Position numbers and translations under genes: made by a program. Source: Eledone cirrhosa (lineage: Eukaryota). Taken from it: a stretch of 64,000 bases of DNA. Position 1 is the first letter of the stretch. Every line of letters starts with the position of its first letter. The stretch spans positions 90,458,001 through 90,522,000 of the forward strand of contig OZ024741.1 of NCBI GenBank assembly GCA_964016885.1. Direction: 5' to 3'. Of the stretch, positions 57,766-64,000 are shown piece by piece. The notes beneath the pieces are model-generated. The model was given only the letters and a program-made list of their open reading frames with translations. It had not been told where the DNA came from and did not search any database.

Positions 57766-57992
57766 GTCCTTATATACTGTATATATAGAAATAATAAATG
57801 TGAAGACTAAAATCCGAAGAGGGCTCGATAAGGATTAAATATATATAAATATATATATATACCCGTAGAGCAAATATTTATTATAAGAACAGATTAAAAT
57901 GTAAGCAAAGAATCGCTGCTTTCACCCTTAACGGCATCTTATGGGTGAAAGCAGCGATTCTCTGCTCAAACTTTAATCTGTTCTTATAATAA

Positions 57993-58028
<36 letters not shown>

Positions 58029-58445
58029 CTTAAAATACATGCCATCTAAGCCTGTTTTCTTCGGTACTCAGAGTTTCGTAATGGCATCCGAATAATCGTA
58101 GTAGGTTAATTTCGCTTGCACCACAAGTCTTCAGCTATTATGAAAAATATACATGCTTTCGGGTTCTAGTTTACTTTCGGTGCTGAATCAATTTGAATAA
58201 TCTCAACAAAATTTCTCCTTTTATTTGATCACGGGGTGGCAAATTATGGAGATCAAATATTTGTTTATACCAAATGCATTTGGTTTGTGTCTGATATACA
58301 TAGAATTTTTGTGCGAAGGAACATTTTCACATGATATTCAGTTTATCTATAAATATTATCCTAAATGCATATAATGTTTAAAATTGTCAAATAACTTCCA
58401 AGTATATTTAACCAGTTTATTAATGCTATATTAATTTCATTTCAG

Positions 58446-58484
58446 TATTTTTGCCCTTTGTACGGTGCGGTTACAATTTTTTTG
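58446..58484 (+). CDS. Candidate 39-nt micro-exon of the vWFA gene (possible end of signal peptide)
   Basis: tttcatttcag|...|gtaagt, phase 1-1. Encodes xFLPFVRCGYNFF(E), in frame with the next exon. Confidence 0.5.
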
Positions 58485-58552
58485 GTAAGTAAATATAATT
58501 ATAAATATATATATATACAAATACATATAGCATATATGTTTTTGGTAAGCAC

Positions 58553-58605
<53 letters not shown>

Positions 58606-59542
58606 AGTTTGCTTGAAGCATTGTTGAATAGGAAATATCAACTTAAATAAGTTTATATTTCAGGTTCTGAGTTAAAATTCTGCCTTTCATCTTTTCACCC
58701 CACCTTCAAATTCATAGCTTTCTATCAGTGTTAGAAACCAATCTTATAAGGGTTTACTAGTACACTTTTATCGACCCTTCATGGCCGATAAAAGACATCC
58801 AGCACAGAGCTAGTGCATTCTTCTTTCTTTCCAACCGAATGGATGGTTCGCTGGATTAAATAATTTACTTGACTTTCCCATCTTAATATAACTGTTGAAT
58901 ATAATTTCTAAATTGATGTATAATAAAGAGACATCCCGAATAACGATAACTTTATCTCTCATTTCCTCTTAAACAAGAACTTTCAGGACGAAGCGGCGCA
59001 CAAATTTATAGAGCATTTACGAGTAACGCAATCTGGCCAACAGAAAAAAACAACAATGGTATAACACAATACATTAGATCAGTAGTGTTTTGCACCATCC
59101 TACAAAGGCTTCTTTCATCCATTTAAGTTCGAGAAAAAAGTACCAGTTTAGTACTAGGGTCGATTCTTCCTCTATATCTCATTCTCACTTCCTTTCTCTC
59201 ACTCTGTCTATCCTTCTCTGGAAGAAATCTGCTGTATTCAGACCTGGAGAGGAGATGGGCTCCGCCATGTTTAAAAATGCCCCTGATAGGCTGTATGTCA
59301 ACAGACACTCACATAACGTCTCAGAGAACTATTACAATATTCTAAATATTAAACACTTTCCGTTACTCAGCTAAAGCAAGCACACGGAAAACAAACGCAC
59401 AATAATAACTAAAGCATCACAAATGTTTTAAATTTCCTTTGGTTCATTTAAAACATACAGTAAATTCTTTCTATCTTCTATTTAACTTGTAACTTTTATT
59501 TAATGAATGAAAATACATATTCTTTTTGTTTCCTTTATTCAG

Positions 59543-60109
59543 AAACATCATGCAGTCATCCAGCAGACGTGGTATTTTTGCTAGATTGCTCAGGAAGTCT
59601 TAGAAGAGATGAATTCCATGAACAATTAAATTTTATGAGGAATTTCGTGTCCGAAGCTGATATTTCACCGACAGTTGTCAGAGTTGGTTTAGTGACATTC
59701 TCAACCAGACCCAAAACTGCATTCCATTTAAAAGATTATCGAACCAAGCGAAATGTGATGGCTGCTATTAGCCGAACACGCTACCGTGGTGGACGTACTC
59801 ATACTTGGTCGGCTTTAGATCATATACGCAAATACTCTTTTTCTTCAAAAGCAGGTGGTCGGCCAGGAGTCCCTAAAATATTTATCATAATAACTGATGG
59901 TGGCTCTAACGAGAGATATAGAACAGAACGTTCTGCGGCACTGATAAAAAGGCAACAAATACGCATCTATGCTATTGGAATTGGGAACCAAATAAACTAC
60001 AGAGAACTTGTAACCTTAGCCTCAAAACGTCACTTCATATTTCAGGTTCCGGATTCCTATTCTCTGAGAAAGATCCAAAATGCCGTTCGAAGAAATGTTT
60101 GTCGCTCGG
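59543..60109 (+). CDS. vWFA domain exon of a matrilin/collagen VI-XII-like extracellular matrix protein
   Basis: Polypyrimidine tract + AG acceptor, GTAAGT donor, 567 nt phase 1-1. CSHPADVVFLLDCSGS (MIDAS DxSxS), GGRTHT, IIITDG, IYAIGIG and a terminal Cys. Confidence 0.92.
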
Positions 60110-60379
60110 GTAAGTGATTAGTATAACACTTCATGATTTGCCTTTCAGAAAGATTTTAGTTAAGCAAAGTTCGAATCGTATGAATGACAATGAGAAAGGG
60201 AAAATACTAAAAATATTATAGGACAGAGGAGAGATACTGACAGAAATAATTTCTATTAATGCAAAATATAATTATAAAAGGAAAGTTTGATTGGTGGGTT
60301 TGAATTTAGAACGCAAGGTTTCAGAAAAAGTACTGCAAGATATTTTATCCGATTCTAATGTTTTTTACTAATTAGTTGC

Positions 60380-60930
60380 GAGTCCTGTCAGAAGCAGTCC
60401 TCCTGCTGGATTCCCAAACAAGACCAGCCAAGCTCATAGATGTTATCCAACCATCTTGCTCAGGGTCTACCCATGAGTCTCCTGGAGGGGAGTTTTACCC
60501 CTAAAATCTGTCCAGCGATCCTTTCCTGAGACATTCTAACCACATGCCCATAGTATCGGAGCTGTGATCTCTCAATTCCGAGAAATAGCGGCTCTACCTG
60601 GAATGACTCTGATCTTCGCGCTACACAACCTCTCGAGTAACGTTACTCCAAAGATGCTTCGGAGGAAATCCATTTCGGCCGCTTTTATTTACGATCATAT
60701 TCTTTCGGTCATTATCCAAGATTCGTGATCATAGGTAAGGGTTGGCACGAATACCGACCTGAAAACAGCGAGTTTGACTTTTACACCTACTTCTGATTAC
60801 CGAATGCTGAAGCTAGCGCATAACTGCACCAGCTCCTGCAATTCTGGTACTTAATTCAGCTTTCTGCTTTCCTTCACTCGTGAATACAGCCCCGAGATAC
60901 TTGAAATTCTCCTCCTGCTACAGTGCATGA
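60380..60930 (-). mobile_element. Intronic RTE LINE 3' fragment (family of 18.4 and 31.5 kb)
   Basis: Nucleotide similarity to 18500-19010 (CGATTACCGAATGCTGAAGCT-like block, CACATGCCCATAGTATCGGAG). Confidence 0.8.
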
Positions 60931-61296
60931 TCTTATAACATTAATCTTATATTGGTTTAAAGAGTTAAATTAAGATTTGAAAAAATAAATAGTGTCAAAC
61001 GTTTTACCATGAAAGACATATAAAAGAACATTATAAATATATTCCTACAATGGTACACATCTCTTAATCTCACACCAGGGCCATATATTTCTTGACAAAG
61101 TCATCTATTTTATGTTACAAAAACCTACAAAATGTTCAATAATGCACACCTGAATACACACACACACACTTACATGTATATATATATACATACATACATG
61201 CATATATATATATATAGATATATAGTAATAATAATAAATGTGAAGACTAAAATCTAAAGAGGGCTCGATAAGGATATATATATATATATATACATC

Positions 61297-62380
61297 TAGG
61301 GCGGGTAAAATTCCCGAGATACATGGACGAGTTCTCTCCAGCGGTCCTCGCCCCTCATAATCGCTGCTATGTCCTGCGTCTCCAAGAGACCAGTGTCTGT
61401 CCTTAGGGCATCAACATATGTTAACCTCGGTCTTCCACTTCCAGTCTGTCCATGCAGGGTCTCCCACAGGAGCAATGAGTGTAGTGTCAACTCTGGATGT
61501 CGGTGAGCATGTCCAGCTAACCTCAGTCTCCTCTGTGTCACTTTCGAGCTGACTTTTGAGAGGCTCCTGTACAGCTCTGAGTTCTTCATCCTCAGTGTAT
61601 ACTGATTAATGTTCAGAGCCATCCTCAGCATTCTCGTGTAGCACCCATCTACCATCTGAGTGAGTTTCTTGGAAGAAGATCAAGGAGGGCAAGGCTCATG
61701 GAGAAGATGAAATGGCATCAGAGGTGATGAAGAGGTGTGATTTTGATGATATCATCCTGGGGTTCTGTAACCATGCACTGGAGAAAGGAGTTGCCTCGAA
61801 TCAGTGGAGGATCAGTAACTTCGTCCCAGTGACAAAGAAGGGAGATCTCTCTAACACTAACAACTACAGGGGGATCTCACTGACATAACTTGTGGCAAAG
61901 ACCCTCAACAGGGTGATTCTTAACAGGATCCAGCCCGAGATGGAGAAGAGGCTCAGAGACAACCAGAACGGCTCCAGAGAGGGAATATCAACCACCAGTC
62001 ACATCCTGATGCCGAGGAGGATATTAGAGGGAGCTAGAGCAAAGTGCCTTCCTGCAGTTATGGTTTTCATTGACTTTAGGAAGGCCTTTGATTCTGTGGA
62101 CCGTCACTGCCTGATGAAGAACTTACAGGCTTATGGAATCCCCAAGAAGATAGTGGACCTGATATCACTGCTCTACACCAACACCAAAGCCCTAGTCATT
62201 ACACCTGATGGGATGACAGAGATCTTTGAGATACTGGCTGGAGTGCTCCAGGGAGATACATTGACTCCCTACATTTTTATCATCGCAGTGGACTATTGTA
62301 TGCGCCTTGCGCTGGAGAAACACCGGGACTCGGGCTTTACTGTAACACCGGCTCAGAGCAGGAGAGTTAAGGCTAAAAGA
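61297..62380. mobile_element. Intronic RTE-like LINE with 5' inversion
   Basis: 3' end on - (61297-61655, RRLRLAGHAHRH...GRPRLTYVD) joined to an RT segment on + (61660-62380, FIDFRKAFDSV...[13 protein letters not shown]). Confidence 0.85.
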
Positions 62381-62468
62381 TATATATATATATATATATA
62401 TGTGTGTGTATGTAAATTTATATGTATATATATATGTGTTTGCGTATGCGTGTGCGTGTATATATACA

Positions 62469-62578
<110 letters not shown>

Positions 62579-62697
62579 TCTTTGCGCGCGTGTGTGTTAT
62601 TGCAAATTCATATATAGATAAGATAAACATATTTATTATCGAAATTTAATTTAATATGAATTTTATCCATCATAAAGCAACTTTTATTATTTTGCAG

Positions 62698-63276
62698 TTT
62701 GTGATATTTGGCCTGCGGACATTGTATTTCTACTGGACGATTCCACTAGTATATGGGACAATGATTATGACAAACAACTTACATTCTTATCTGATTTTGT
62801 GAAAGATATCACCATTGGTCCGAAGAAATCTCAGATTAGTGTTGTGACATTTAGTTCCCGTCCAAAGACACAATTTTGGCTACGAGACCATTTAAGTAAA
62901 ACGGAAGTTTTGAGTGCCATTAAACACATCAATCGAATGTATGGCGATACGTACACCTCTGCTGGATTACGAATGATAAGAGAACACAGTTTCTCACCTC
63001 GATACGGTGGTAGAATGAAAGCTTCACACATTGTTATCGTAATAACAGACGGAAAATCAACAATACCAAGAGAAACTGTAAACCAAGCGAAAAAACTACA
63101 TGATACAAAAGCAATAGTCTTTGCTATTGGTGTTGGTCGCCGTGTTGACCCGATAGAATTGAACAGTATTGCAAGTGAGCAGCAATTTGTTTTCCAGGTT
63201 GACAGCTATGGAGCTTTGACAACGATTAAAACAAAACTATCACAAAAAGTTTGCACACTTTCCATAACAAAAGTAG
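62698..63276 (+). CDS. Second vWFA domain exon
   Basis: tttgcag acceptor, phase 1. (V)CDIWPADIVFLLDDSTS...GDTYT...IVITDGKS...VFAIGVG...QKVC. The end is uncertain: donor after 63276 or read-through to the stop at 63290. Confidence 0.9.
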
Positions 63277-64000
63277 GTGACTGGGATTAAACGAAAATAA
63301 TTCAGGTTTTAAGTACTATAAGGTATTTCATTAATTTCACACACAAACGTGACAGTTCCATAAATATAGATAGCTTTCGCAGTTATTATTTTTATACGAA
63401 ACCAAAGTGAAACTTGAGTGAAAGTTTTCAATATTTGATACTGCATTCATTTAAAGGTTTAAAAAGTTTGAAAGTATTTAGCACCCAATTTCACGGAAAC
63501 GTTTGTCAGAAAAAAATGAGATTGATTAGATGGAATAGTTGCCAAAGAGTTATTGACTTTGTTTAAAAAGGTTTGTAGCAAATTATTGATTATTTATTCT
63601 CCAACCCAAAGCCGAAAACATCGCTGAAATTGTTAATCTTTAAAATAAGATAGATCCAATCTCGATGGATAATTGGTAAATTAATAACGAATGCCACAAA
63701 AGGTAAAGATATACAAAAGTCACTATAATTACTATTACATTCCGCGATATCTCAACAGAATAACTCAAACAGTAATTTTTGTTCTGTTTCTCTCTGTTAC
63801 CTTTCTAAGGAAAGTGAAGAACCTTGAAAATTTCATCATGAGTATAAGTTTTCAATCATTTTAATTATTATTCATTGAGGACGAATACAAGTTAATAATG
63901 ACTAGTTTATAATTGTTCTGTATTCACAATATCTTATAGTAATACACATCTTAATTTTGACTGGAATTTAGGATATTTATATTAGTTATGCATAGAGCAG

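Overview
AT-rich, microsatellite-saturated eukaryotic DNA, most likely an octopus/cephalopod genome (inferred from the SINE content and the (TA)n/(CA)n density). Nearly all ORFs in the track are microsatellite translations. The only host coding sequence I can support is a + strand multi-vWFA extracellular protein gene, with exons at about 58.4, 59.5-60.1 and 62.7-63.3 kb. The rest is mobile DNA: RTE, R4-like and CRE-like LINE fragments, two mariner relics, many tRNA-derived SINEs and a Penelope-like (PLE) GIY-YIG remnant. The main signal is a dense population of minimal type I hammerhead ribozymes (HHRs): about 24 intact or near-intact motifs from several unrelated repeat families, most with a tiny, often palindromic stem III. 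The centrepiece is a 3.4 kb array of near-identical 310-bp units at 26122-29548, each unit carrying one HHR. The array is folded into a palindrome (7 HHRs on -, 4 on +) and inserted in a (TA)n tract, making it a candidate non-LTR retrozyme/circRNA system. A second ~460-bp HHR tandem array lies in sense orientation just upstream of the vWFA exons. All ribozyme calls come from manual folding and are untested.
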